Positions 38,784-46,990 of a DNA stretch of 49,813 nucleotides are shown one piece after another. Position 1 is the first letter of the stretch. Every line of letters starts with the position of its first letter. The position numbers were made by a program, and so were the translations under genes. Under the pieces are notes generated by a model. That model had not been told where the DNA came from, did not search any database, and saw nothing but the letters and a program-made list of their open reading frames with translations. This stretch comes from Alphaproteobacteria bacterium (GTDB taxonomy: Bacteria; Pseudomonadota; Alphaproteobacteria; GCA-2731375): assembly GCA_047518225.1 (NCBI GenBank), contig JAKZRK010000088.1, forward strand, positions 1 through 49,813, written 5' to 3'.

Positions 38784-39341
38784 CTATTGCTCCAGGATAT
38801 CCAGCCGCAATTGCCGGGCCCGGACCAAAATGGCGTTCTCCAATTGTATGGCTGTATCGTCCGCGACCGCGGCACTCAACCATTGCCGCGCGTCGTCCTT
38901 GGTTTGTTTAAATACCGCGACTTTGATACCGTCCGCGCGCAGACGCCGGTCGACAATATAAATTGTCATCTTGAACCGTTCATCCGGACTATCAGGCGGG
39001 CTGTACCAATCCGTAATGATGACGCCGCCAAACGGATCGGCTGAATTTAGCGGAATGAAAGACAGCGTATCCAGAGAGGCCCGCCACAGAAAACTGTTGA
39101 TGCCAATGCCGCCGCCGCCGCCGCCCGTATCGGGTATTTTACTGCCGAAAATATTATCCAATCCACCCGATCCAAACACCGTCTCCCGTTCGCCACTCGG
39201 GCTGGCTTCAGCGGAACGGCCCGTTCTACTCGGATAATTTTGCTCTGGATCGGCAAGGCCACAGGCCCCCAACAGCAGCGCCGCCACCATATAGACACCT
39301 ACACGATGCCAGATCCGTCCGAGATGTGGCGCCAAGGTCAT
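38784..39341 (-). CDS. DUF3576-like lipoprotein
   Basis: Signal peptide with lipobox LLLGACG. Gly-rich linker and a conserved C-terminal region (FLWRASLDTLSFIPL...DWY). This family commonly neighbours leuS in alphaproteobacteria. ATG 39341 has an upstream GGAG. Confidence 0.6.
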   Translation of the reverse strand: MTLAPHLGRIWHRVGVYMVAALLLGACGLADPEQNYPSRTGRSAEASPSGERETVFGSGGLDNIFGSKIPDTGGGGGGIGINSFLWRASLDTLSFIPLNSADPFGGVIITDWYSPPDSPDERFKMTIYIVDRRLRADGIKVAVFKQTKDDARQWLSAAVADDTAIQLENAILVRARQLRLDILEQ

Positions 39342-39435
39342 AGAAAACCACTCCAAATTCAAGCAACTGTATCCTGTTATATACACTGTCGCCGGCCGGT
39401 GCGGAATAAGAACCCGAAAAATGTTTATTTGGGGA

Positions 39436-40335
39436 TTAGTTATGCCCCTCGGCGTGGGGGCGCAATAGGCGGTTGATCTCCAATCCGGCTTCCCGAATTG
39501 TGCCCTTGTGGGCCATGGGCGCCTCGCCGCCTGCGGTCAGGCCCAATCGGTGCTCCTGCGCCAGCGTGATCTTGGGCATGCCATTGACGTTGCTCAATAG
39601 TGTGTGAAAGGCGGCCGGGCTTAATTCAGGTGCTGTCCGGCCGGCCGCTAGGACCGCCGATCGCGGTACCGTGGTGCCGTTCGGCGCCAGGTTTAGAGCG
39701 AACCCGAAGGGCACGCTGGCCTGGGCTTCCGAATGGGCCGGTGGCGCGGCCGCGGCCGTGGCGATCGAGGCTTCATTGGCTTGGCCCCATGGCGCCGGGT
39801 CGGAAACAAGGCCGGCCATTTGCCTATTGTCATGGGCCGGGCCGGCGCCTGCGACCAGCACGCCGTCGTCCCCATCCCCGTCACCGGAAAACAGGGCCAC
39901 GACGTTGCCGCCGATGTCCTTGCCGGTTGCTTCCGCCACGACTGTATTGGTCAGGGCACTTAAGAAACCCAGGGGACCGCCGTACAAAGTGCCGCCGGCC
40001 AAGCGGGCGCCGGCGGAAATCTCATCACCACTCACGGCGCGGTAGATTTCGCCAATCAGCGGAATATGATGCAATGGGTTCAACACATCAAGGAAGTCCG
40101 TGAAGGTTATGCCATCTTCACTGAAGAAATCACGGCCCGCCGCCCCTTGCTCGGGCGGTCCGGCCGAACCGCCATCTATGATACCATTGCCGCCGTTGAC
40201 CAGCGCATTGGTTCCGGGCTCCATGTCTTCCCGGCCCGGCATATAATAGTCGGGCACGGTAACAAAACGGGCGGGCGGTATGGTGGACATGGTCATACTA
40301 AAGATTTTGCAAGAAACACGCCAACTTTCAGCCAT
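39436..40335 (-). CDS. hypothetical protein
   Basis: 299-aa ORF, Gly/Ala/Pro-rich with one better-conserved-looking block (FLDVLNPLHHIPLIGEIYRAVSGDEI...GGPLGFLSAL). The start is ambiguous (40335, 40296 or 40290). Confidence 0.5.
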   Translation of the reverse strand: MAESWRVSCKIFSMTMSTIPPARFVTVPDYYMPGREDMEPGTNALVNGGNGIIDGGSAGPPEQGAAGRDFFSEDGITFTDFLDVLNPLHHIPLIGEIYRAVSGDEISAGARLAGGTLYGGPLGFLSALTNTVVAEATGKDIGGNVVALFSGDGDGDDGVLVAGAGPAHDNRQMAGLVSDPAPWGQANEASIATAAAAPPAHSEAQASVPFGFALNLAPNGTTVPRSAVLAAGRTAPELSPAAFHTLLSNVNGMPKITLAQEHRLGLTAGGEAPMAHKGTIREAGLEINRLLRPHAEGHN

Positions 40336-40422
40336 ATCTTTTCAAACACTTAGCGCGGAGCCGCCACCGGGATGGGTAAATGCTACCGGGCTGGCGCGGC
40401 GGCGGCGGGCAAAATCGGCTGA

Positions 40423-40687
40423 CTAGAGCGGTTCCGGGCTATTCTGACCCATTTGACCGCCCACCAAGGCCCCGTGGGTAGGCGCGGTTCGCAGGTCGAT
40501 GTGGTACATCGTCCAAGAACCGTAACGCCGCCACGGAGCCTTGGTGTGCGGCCTTCGGTGGCGACCCAAAGCCATTCGGATGCGTTGCGCTGCTTGCCCG
40601 ATATACCATATCGCGCTGCGCGACGCGCCTACCCGAATGGCTTATGGACGCCATCAAATGGGTCAGAATATCCCGGAACCTCTCTAG
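40423..40687. mobile_element. MITE-like non-autonomous element (265 bp) with 34-bp terminal inverted repeats
   Basis: CTAGAGCGGTTCCGGGCTATTCTGACCCATTTGA (40423-40456) matches the reverse complement of 40654-40687 at 32 of 34 positions. CTAG sits at both extreme ends. There is an internal inverted pair GTGGGTAGGCGCG / CGCGCCTACCCGA. No credible ORF. Confidence 0.65.
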
Positions 40688-41071
40688 ATCGCAGCCCGCC
40701 GCGATGGCGCGGGCGTTCAGCCTCGGCGTTCCTGAAGCCGGTACAACAAGACAAAAGCCCGCTTATTCGACAGCTTCTGGGTAAAGAAAACTTGCTTCCC
40801 AATTGGCAAACCGCTATGGCGATGGCGTGGCCAAAATTCGCCGGTTCACGCGGACCGGCATGGACGGGTGGTTGACAGCCGGTCCACCACCCGCGCCGTT
40901 GGAGGGGCAGGGCATTTGGCGAAGTCGTTACCCGTATTCACCAGCCTGGCGGATTTCGAGTTTCAAACCCCCAACAGCACTGCCCTGCCGCCGCAACAAG
41001 GCCGCAGGGACGTCACCTATGTTACCGCGTCGGGTAATTTTCATCGTCAGATCGTGCGCGGCCAAACGGGG

Positions 41072-42121
41072 ATGATGCGGGAACTGGGAAACGCCAAAGG
41101 ACGGCCTTTGAAGGTCGAGCGGTGGCGGCGGTATTCCTACCGCAGGCGGTCGGTGCTGTTCCTGTTGCCCCCCCCCGCCATCGGCGAACATGTGGCCATC
41201 CGCCTGTTTCTCGAGGCCTTCATGGCGCAGGCGCGGCCGCAAGAGGTTGCCCTGTTGGGCAGCGACTCGGCCTCGGATGTCTATGCCGGGTTCCCCGGGC
41301 TGGCGGTTTATCCTGCCTGGATCGCCCATGATGAATTCAAACGCTTTCATGCCATCATCGACCTGAATGATGTGCCCGCCCGCCGGGAGATCGAGTTCTG
41401 GCCGGTCGACATGGAAGCCGCGCTCTATGAATTATTTGGCCTATCGGCGCCGGGCAAGACGATGGTGGCCGCCGTGCCGGCCAGCGACGGTCCCCCACGC
41501 ATCGGCATTCTGCCCTTGGCATCCTCGCCCATCCGCACCTTGCCCGCCGGCCTCATTCTGGGCCTGCACAGTCTCTTGCGCAGGGAGGGCATGGAGGTGC
41601 GGATTGTCCTGAACCGGCAGCAGAACCAGTCGAAATGGCTGCGGTCGGCATTGGACGCGGCCGTCCCGGATCTTCACTATGTCGAAGATACCCGCTCGGT
41701 CGCCGACTTGCTGGCGCTGATGCGGCAATTTGACTATGCAATATTCGCCGACTCCGGGCCGGCACATTTGTCCAAGTTGGAACAGCGGCCGGGTGCGGCG
41801 ATCTTCACCTCCGCGCCGTCAGAATTGCTGCTGGGCCGGCACCGCAATCTGCATCCGGTCCAGGTGCAATTCCGCGGCGACTATTGCGAAGCACCCTGCG
41901 GCCTGGCGAAATTGCGCCAGACGGCGGACGGCCGGGTCGGCTGCATGGCGTCGCTGGCGGTTGGGCGGGAAAGTCTGCCCTCGACGGTCAGCGGACCTGA
42001 CGAGAGCCTGGTCCGGCGGCTTCTGTTGGAGACGCCGGTACCTTGCGTGGCCGCCGCCGCCATGGCGGCCGACCGCATCGCGGCGGAGATCCACGCGGAC
42101 CTGCTGCGCCGGTGGCGTTAG
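41072..42121 (+). CDS. glycosyltransferase family 9-like protein (heptosyltransferase-like), divergent
   Basis: The N-terminal segment VLFLLPPPAIGEHVAIRLF resembles the GT9 ...ALGD... start. The C-terminal FADSGPAHLS resembles the GT9 (N/G)DSGPMHLA motif. The start is uncertain (ATG 41072 or 41075, versus the track GTG 40868). The stop codon TAG lies inside the downstream mini-repeat. Confidence 0.45.
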   Translation: MMRELGNAKGRPLKVERWRRYSYRRRSVLFLLPPPAIGEHVAIRLFLEAFMAQARPQEVALLGSDSASDVYAGFPGLAVYPAWIAHDEFKRFHAIIDLNDVPARREIEFWPVDMEAALYELFGLSAPGKTMVAAVPASDGPPRIGILPLASSPIRTLPAGLILGLHSLLRREGMEVRIVLNRQQNQSKWLRSALDAAVPDLHYVEDTRSVADLLALMRQFDYAIFADSGPAHLSKLEQRPGAAIFTSAPSELLLGRHRNLHPVQVQFRGDYCEAPCGLAKLRQTADGRVGCMASLAVGRESLPSTVSGPDESLVRRLLLETPVPCVAAAAMAADRIAAEIHADLLRRWR

Positions 42122-42186
42122 AGCGGTTCCGGGTTATTCTGGATCCTTTGACCGCTCACCAAGATCCAGAATAACCCGGAACTGCG
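42119..42186. repeat. 68-bp mini-derivative (hairpin) of the 40423-type MITE
   Basis: TAGAGCGGTTCCGGGTTATTCTGGATC (42119-42145) pairs with GATCCAGAATAACCCGGAACTGC (42163-42185). The left arm and the following CTTTGACCGCTCACCAAG parallel 40424-40468 of the full-length copy. Confidence 0.6.
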
Positions 42187-42199
42187 GTAAACTTCAGGC

Positions 42200-42235
42200 A
42201 AAAAAAGAACGTGGGGCCAAAAGGCCCCACGTTCC
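42200..42235 (-). terminator. intrinsic terminator of the porin gene
   Basis: On the minus strand the stem is GAACGTGGGGCC, the loop TTTT and the return arm GGCCCCACGTTC, followed by TTTTTTT. Confidence 0.7.
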
Positions 42236-42258
42236 CATACGAGATGTCTGTTGCTTGA

Positions 42259-43437
42259 TTAGAACGAGAACTTCGTACCAATCACAACAACTGTATTGTC
42301 GGCTTCCGTGGAAACCCCGGCGCCGGCACCGCCAGCTGAGTCCTGGAAATCATAGATCTGCAGACCGCCGAACATTTTGATCCCCGGGCCGAGGTTGTAA
42401 GCACCGCCGATGGAGATGTAATCGGTCCCGTCATCACGCGCCGACTTCGTCCCGGCAGTGGCACCTGCGATCTCTTGCTCGAGGCTCATGTAAGCAATGC
42501 CAACCTTCCAGGGTCCCGTGCCATAATCGACACCGATACGCCAGTTGGTCCGGTCCAAACTGGCCGCCGTACTGGCCAGCGGTGCGCCGCCCGGGCCGGA
42601 GATGTCATTCACCCTGGTGTAGCGGCCGCCGATGCGGAAGCCACTAACGCCAACCTGTGCACCGGCGGAATAGCCGTCGACGTCCTTGCCGGCGGCGACG
42701 CCAATAGCGGTGGATTCAGAATCGGAGGTGAAGAAGCTGCCGAACACACGCACGTCCGCTCCACCCACCTTGCCCACGTAATTGGCGGCGACGTCCACCA
42801 ATTCGTTGCCGATGGTGCCGTCAAGTTTCGAGTTGAGCCCGGTAGCGGTGGCATTGTTGCCCGTGTTGTTCTCCGGCATGTAGCTGATACCCAACTGGAA
42901 GCCGCTCATGCGCGGGGTGAAGTAGTTCAACTTCTGTTCCGGAGTGGCCAGAAGAGCCGCATCGCCACCATAAGTATTGATGTACTGATCGTTCACGTTG
43001 GCGTGGGCCGTGTGCGAGGCAAAGTCGCCATGGCCATCAATCATGTCGCCGACCGAACCGCTTGACATCAGCAGGCTGACCCCCCAGGTCTCGCCATACT
43101 CGACGCGGCCAAAGTTACCGGCACTCCAGATGTAGGTGTTATCGATCTGGTCACCGGATGTTTCGCCTTCGAGCTGCACCATCACGCCGAACTTGATACC
43201 GTTGTCCAACGTGGTCTTGCCACTGAAGTAGATTTCAGATTCTTGCCCAAAACCGTGATCGCGGGAGTCCGACTGACCGGTCGCGGCGGTGTTGGCATCA
43301 TTGTCACTGTCACCCAGGTGAATGGCCGCGCGCCAATAGCCGCCCAAGCCCAGCTTGATCTTCTCAGCCGCAACCGCCGTGCCAGCCATCAGGCCAACGG
43401 CCATCAAGGCTGTAGTCCCATATAATATACTTTTCAT
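42259..43437 (-). CDS. outer-membrane porin
   Basis: Signal peptide (MKSILYGTTALMAVGLMAGTAVAA), alternating beta-strand pattern rich in G/Y/D/N, and a C-terminal ...GTKFSF with terminal Phe. ATG 43437 preferred. Confidence 0.85.
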   Translation of the reverse strand: MKSILYGTTALMAVGLMAGTAVAAEKIKLGLGGYWRAAIHLGDSDNDANTAATGQSDSRDHGFGQESEIYFSGKTTLDNGIKFGVMVQLEGETSGDQIDNTYIWSAGNFGRVEYGETWGVSLLMSSGSVGDMIDGHGDFASHTAHANVNDQYINTYGGDAALLATPEQKLNYFTPRMSGFQLGISYMPENNTGNNATATGLNSKLDGTIGNELVDVAANYVGKVGGADVRVFGSFFTSDSESTAIGVAAGKDVDGYSAGAQVGVSGFRIGGRYTRVNDISGPGGAPLASTAASLDRTNWRIGVDYGTGPWKVGIAYMSLEQEIAGATAGTKSARDDGTDYISIGGAYNLGPGIKMFGGLQIYDFQDSAGGAGAGVSTEADNTVVVIGTKFSF

Positions 43438-43615
43438 TGCTTTTACCTTCTCTCTCTTGCTTGGTGGCCATCGCAACACGCGTTACGGGCCGATGAAGCA
43501 TTATCAACTCAATTTCATAGAGCACTTTACAATGGGCAAAGGCAAGTCATCATGGCCGGGACTGTGTCGATAATCGAACACTGTGGTAATGTTGCAACAA
43601 CGCTGGGCGATCCCT

Positions 43616-44182
43616 TCAGGCATCGGCTTCCATCGCCCGCATGACGATGGTGGTTTCAATAATGACGTTGGCATACATCCGCATGGCTTCCTGCAGCGCC
43701 GCCGGCTGTATTTCCCCTCGTTGCAGGCGGCCGCGCCAGGGTTCATCCGGCAATGCATCGAACGACACGATCTCGAAATTCACGCCCAGATACAGTCCCA
43801 GGGGGGTGTTGGGAATGCCCTTTTTACGCCATTCCCGATTGCGCTTTTGCGAAAACATTTCCAGGCCCTGCACGGTGATCGGCCGTACGTGGGTTGGATC
43901 GTTCAGGTAGTGATCATGGCGCGGGTGAGGCACCACGATACGGACCAGGGCGCCGGGACGACAAACGCGCCATAACTCCTTGATTATTGCCAAATAGCCA
44001 TCCGATGTTGCGCCCAGATGTTCCAATACATGACGCATCTGCACTTCCTGGACGCTATTATCCGCCCAGGGCCATGGGATGGCCTCCAGGTCCACCAGCT
44101 CATCGGGTTCGGCGAGCTGGCTCTTATCGACGTTGATCCACCCGGCTTTTTTGTCGAAGCCGCAACCGAGATTAAGACGCAT
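43616..44182 (-). CDS. class I SAM-dependent methyltransferase
   Basis: MRLNLGCGFDKKAGWINVD (motif I) and ...HVLEHL... typical of Methyltransf_11/23-type enzymes. ATG 44182 preferred over the track start 44248. Confidence 0.7.
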   Translation of the reverse strand: MRLNLGCGFDKKAGWINVDKSQLAEPDELVDLEAIPWPWADNSVQEVQMRHVLEHLGATSDGYLAIIKELWRVCRPGALVRIVVPHPRHDHYLNDPTHVRPITVQGLEMFSQKRNREWRKKGIPNTPLGLYLGVNFEIVSFDALPDEPWRGRLQRGEIQPAALQEAMRMYANVIIETTIVMRAMEADA

Positions 44183-44384
44183 CCGACCACTTACATAAGT
44201 TTTAGGGGCCCCTCGGCCTAGTCTAGCCGCCGCTCCGAAGTCTGACAACGCGTCAGTCGTTGTTGCTTGTTGCCCGGTGCGCCTGATCCCACAGGCAAAT
44301 AAACGCTTTCATCCCGCGCTATTCAGTCTTATATCCGGCCTTTTCGGCGTCGAAAGACGATTGCTCCAAGGACAGACTTCCGTC

Positions 44385-46370
44385 ATGAACCATCTCGACG
44401 TTCTGGAAAGCCAGAGCATCTTTATCTTTCGCGAGGCGTTCAACCGCATTGATAAGCTGGCCATGCTGTGGTCCCTGGGCAAAGATTCCAATGTCATGAT
44501 CTGGCTGGCGCGCAAAGCGTTTTTCGGCCACGTGCCATTTCCCGTCATGCATATTGATACGGAAAACAAGTTTCCCGAAATGGATGAGTTCCGAAACCGT
44601 TATGCCGCGGAATGGGGGCTCGATTACATTTCCGTCACTTGTCCGCCATCGGAAGGCCATGGCTTTACAGGCGTTATCGAGGGCCTTCGCCGGGACGAAG
44701 CGGGCGCCACGGCCGGGGAACGCTATTTTTCGCTCCGTGGCGCGCCGGGCGCCGGGAACATCGAGGAACAACCCCCCGAATTCTGGGGCCAGTTCAACAC
44801 CGCCCCTCCGCCGGGTACACATTTGCGCATTCATCCCCTGCTGCATTGGACGGAAATCGACATCTGGCGCTATACCTCGCGCGAAAACATCCCCGCCCTG
44901 CCGCTGTACTTTGCCCGTAGCAGCAAGCGGTACCGTTCGTTGGGCGATGCCCATATGGGCCTATCCCTGGACAGCACCGCCGCCACCATTGCCGAGATCA
45001 TCGCCGAGTTGGAGGCCACGGAAAATTCCCAACCATCCGAACTTTTCCAATCTTCCACTGGGGCCATGGACTGGTATCACAGCCCCGCTATTCTACGGGA
45101 CCTGGATGAGTTCCAGGTTATCACCCAGCCCGGCGGTCTTCCGCTGCGGTTTCCCGTTCAGGACGTCTATCGTTTCGATGACCGGCGGATCATCGCGGGA
45201 CGCATCGAAACCGGTGTCCTGCGGGTGGGCGACAGCTTGCTGTTTTCGCCCGCCAACCGCGTGGGCAAGGTGAAAACCATCGAGGCCTCGGGCCTGCCCG
45301 GGCAAGCCGGCCAGGCCACCCAGGCTAATGCCGGCGAAAGCATCGGCATTACCCTGGAAGAGCAGATTTTGGCGGAACGCGGCGATGTGGCCTCCCACGA
45401 AACCAACCCGCCAAAGGAAACGGACGTTTTCCTGGCCCGGTTGTTCTGGCTGGGCGAGCGGGATCTGGTGGTGGGCAGCCGCTATACCATGAAGCTGAAC
45501 AGGGCCGAGGTGGGCGTAGCGGTGCAATCCATCGAGCGGCTGATCGCCACCGCCGGTCCATCGATCAAGGAAGCCGTGAACGTGGCCCGCGGCGAGGTGG
45601 CCGAGATTACCCTGCGCGCGGACACCATGCAGGCCCTGGATGCCTTTACCGCCTCGCCGCTGACCGGGCGCTTTGTCCTGCTCGATAACGATTGCATCGC
45701 TGGCGGCGGTATCATTTCCATGCAGGGCTATGCCGACCAACGGCATCTCATCGCCCGCCGATCTTCCAATGTTCAGCGGGTGGCGCATGATGTCACGGCG
45801 GAAAACCGGGCTAGCCGCAACGGTCACCAAGGCGGGGTGTTGTGGCTCACCGGTCTGTCGGGGGCCGGTAAATCCACCGTTGCCGTTGGCGTGGAGCGGC
45901 GCTTGTTCGATCTGGGCTATCAGACCTATGTGCTGGACGGCGACAATGTTCGCCACGGCCTGAACGGCGATCTGGGCTTTTCACCGGAAGACCGCGCGGA
46001 AAATATTCGCCGGGTGGGCGAGGTGGCGGGGCTGCTCAGCCGCGCCGGCTTGCTCTGTGTCACGGCCTTTATCTCGCCCTACCGCCTGGACCGCGAGCGC
46101 GCGCGGCTGGCGGGTGGCGATCAATTCGCCGAGATATTTATCAAGGCGGACCTGGCGACCTGCGAACAGCGCGACCCCAAGGGCCTGTACAAAAAGGCCC
46201 GTGCCGGCGAAATCCCCGACTTCACTGGTATTTCAGCACCCTATGAAGCGCCGGAAGCGCCGGAACTGGTGGTTGATACCTCTTCCCTGTCGGTTAAAGA
46301 GGCCGTCGAGCGGGTGGTTGGCTATGTTCAAAGCCGCTTCGCCATTGATGCCAAACGGATGCCGGATTAG
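44385..46370 (+). CDS. fused sulfate-activation protein: CysD-like PP-loop domain, CysN domains II/III without GTPase domain, and APS kinase (CysC)
   Basis: The N-terminal part has the PP-loop SLGKDS and HPLLHWTEIDIWRY (CysD-like). From about nt 45060 the sequence WYHSPAILRDLD...LPLRFPVQDVYRF matches the end of the G domain and the start of domain II of CysN/EF-1alpha-type proteins. From about nt 45790 it is an APS kinase (GLSGAGKST, LDGDNVRHGLN.DLGFS, FISPY). I saw no GTPase G1/G3/G4 motifs. Confidence 0.8.
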   Translation: MNHLDVLESQSIFIFREAFNRIDKLAMLWSLGKDSNVMIWLARKAFFGHVPFPVMHIDTENKFPEMDEFRNRYAAEWGLDYISVTCPPSEGHGFTGVIEGLRRDEAGATAGERYFSLRGAPGAGNIEEQPPEFWGQFNTAPPPGTHLRIHPLLHWTEIDIWRYTSRENIPALPLYFARSSKRYRSLGDAHMGLSLDSTAATIAEIIAELEATENSQPSELFQSSTGAMDWYHSPAILRDLDEFQVITQPGGLPLRFPVQDVYRFDDRRIIAGRIETGVLRVGDSLLFSPANRVGKVKTIEASGLPGQAGQATQANAGESIGITLEEQILAERGDVASHETNPPKETDVFLARLFWLGERDLVVGSRYTMKLNRAEVGVAVQSIERLIATAGPSIKEAVNVARGEVAEITLRADTMQALDAFTASPLTGRFVLLDNDCIAGGGIISMQGYADQRHLIARRSSNVQRVAHDVTAENRASRNGHQGGVLWLTGLSGAGKSTVAVGVERRLFDLGYQTYVLDGDNVRHGLNGDLGFSPEDRAENIRRVGEVAGLLSRAGLLCVTAFISPYRLDRERARLAGGDQFAEIFIKADLATCEQRDPKGLYKKARAGEIPDFTGISAPYEAPEAPELVVDTSSLSVKEAVERVVGYVQSRFAIDAKRMPD

Positions 46371-46987
46371 GTCAATTCGAGACCTGAAATTGCAGCAATA
46401 CCTGCCGCGCCGCTGGCTCCCAGCCGGGCCGCGTTGGCGGCCGTGATCCCGCCCAGGCCATAAACGGGCAAGCCCGCCTGCCGGATCAGCCGGGCCAGGC
46501 GCGTGGGGCCAAGGGTCCGGGCGCCGGGATGAGAGGCGGTGGCAAACACCGGCGATAACAGGGCCGCATGGGCGCCCAGGCGCGCCGCCCGCAACAGGGC
46601 TGGCTGGGCATGGGCCGCGGCGGTGATTAGCCAACCCGGTTTGCGGGGCAGGGCAGGGGGCCGGGCCGTCTGCCATTCCGGCAGGTGTACGCCATGGGCG
46701 CCCACCTTCCAGGCCAGGCGCCAATCGCCGGCGATCAACAGGGACAGGCCGCGCCGGCGGCAAAGCGCCATCAGTTCCCGGCCCAAGGCTTCGCGCCCGG
46801 GAACGCCGTAATGACGCAGGATGATGGCGCCGCCTTTGGGCAAGGCGGCTGCGGCCGGCACCGGATCCGCCAGGCGGGTGGCATCCGTCAGCAGGATCAC
46901 GCCGGGCAGTCGGCCAAAATATCCCGCTCCGCGATTGAGTCGGAGGGACAGTTTTGCTAGGTTTGCGGCAGACATAAGGATAAGCAT
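46367..46987 (-). CDS. thiamine-phosphate synthase family (TMP-TENI) protein
   Basis: ThiE-like C-terminal pattern (...SPVFAT.SHPGA..LG......I..AGLPVYGLGGI). The start is 46987 or 46975. The N-terminal 146 aa of track ORF 46367-47425 are antisense to yggS and were rejected. Confidence 0.7.
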   Translation of the reverse strand: MLILMSAANLAKLSLRLNRGAGYFGRLPGVILLTDATRLADPVPAAAALPKGGAIILRHYGVPGREALGRELMALCRRRGLSLLIAGDWRLAWKVGAHGVHLPEWQTARPPALPRKPGWLITAAAHAQPALLRAARLGAHAALLSPVFATASHPGARTLGPTRLARLIRQAGLPVYGLGGITAANAARLGASGAAGIAAISGLELT

Positions 46988-46990
46988 GCC

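Noticed and set aside
40439-40875. ORFs 40439-40657 (minus strand, 72 aa) and 40453-40875 (plus strand, 140 aa)
   Set aside because: They run through the inverted-repeat element and mirror each other because of the palindromic structure. They have no RBS and no motifs.
45093-45956. 287-aa minus-strand ORF inside the CysN/CysC-coding region
   Set aside because: It is an antisense shadow ORF. The plus strand has unambiguous EF-Tu-domain-II and APS-kinase motifs, and the minus-strand product is low-complexity.
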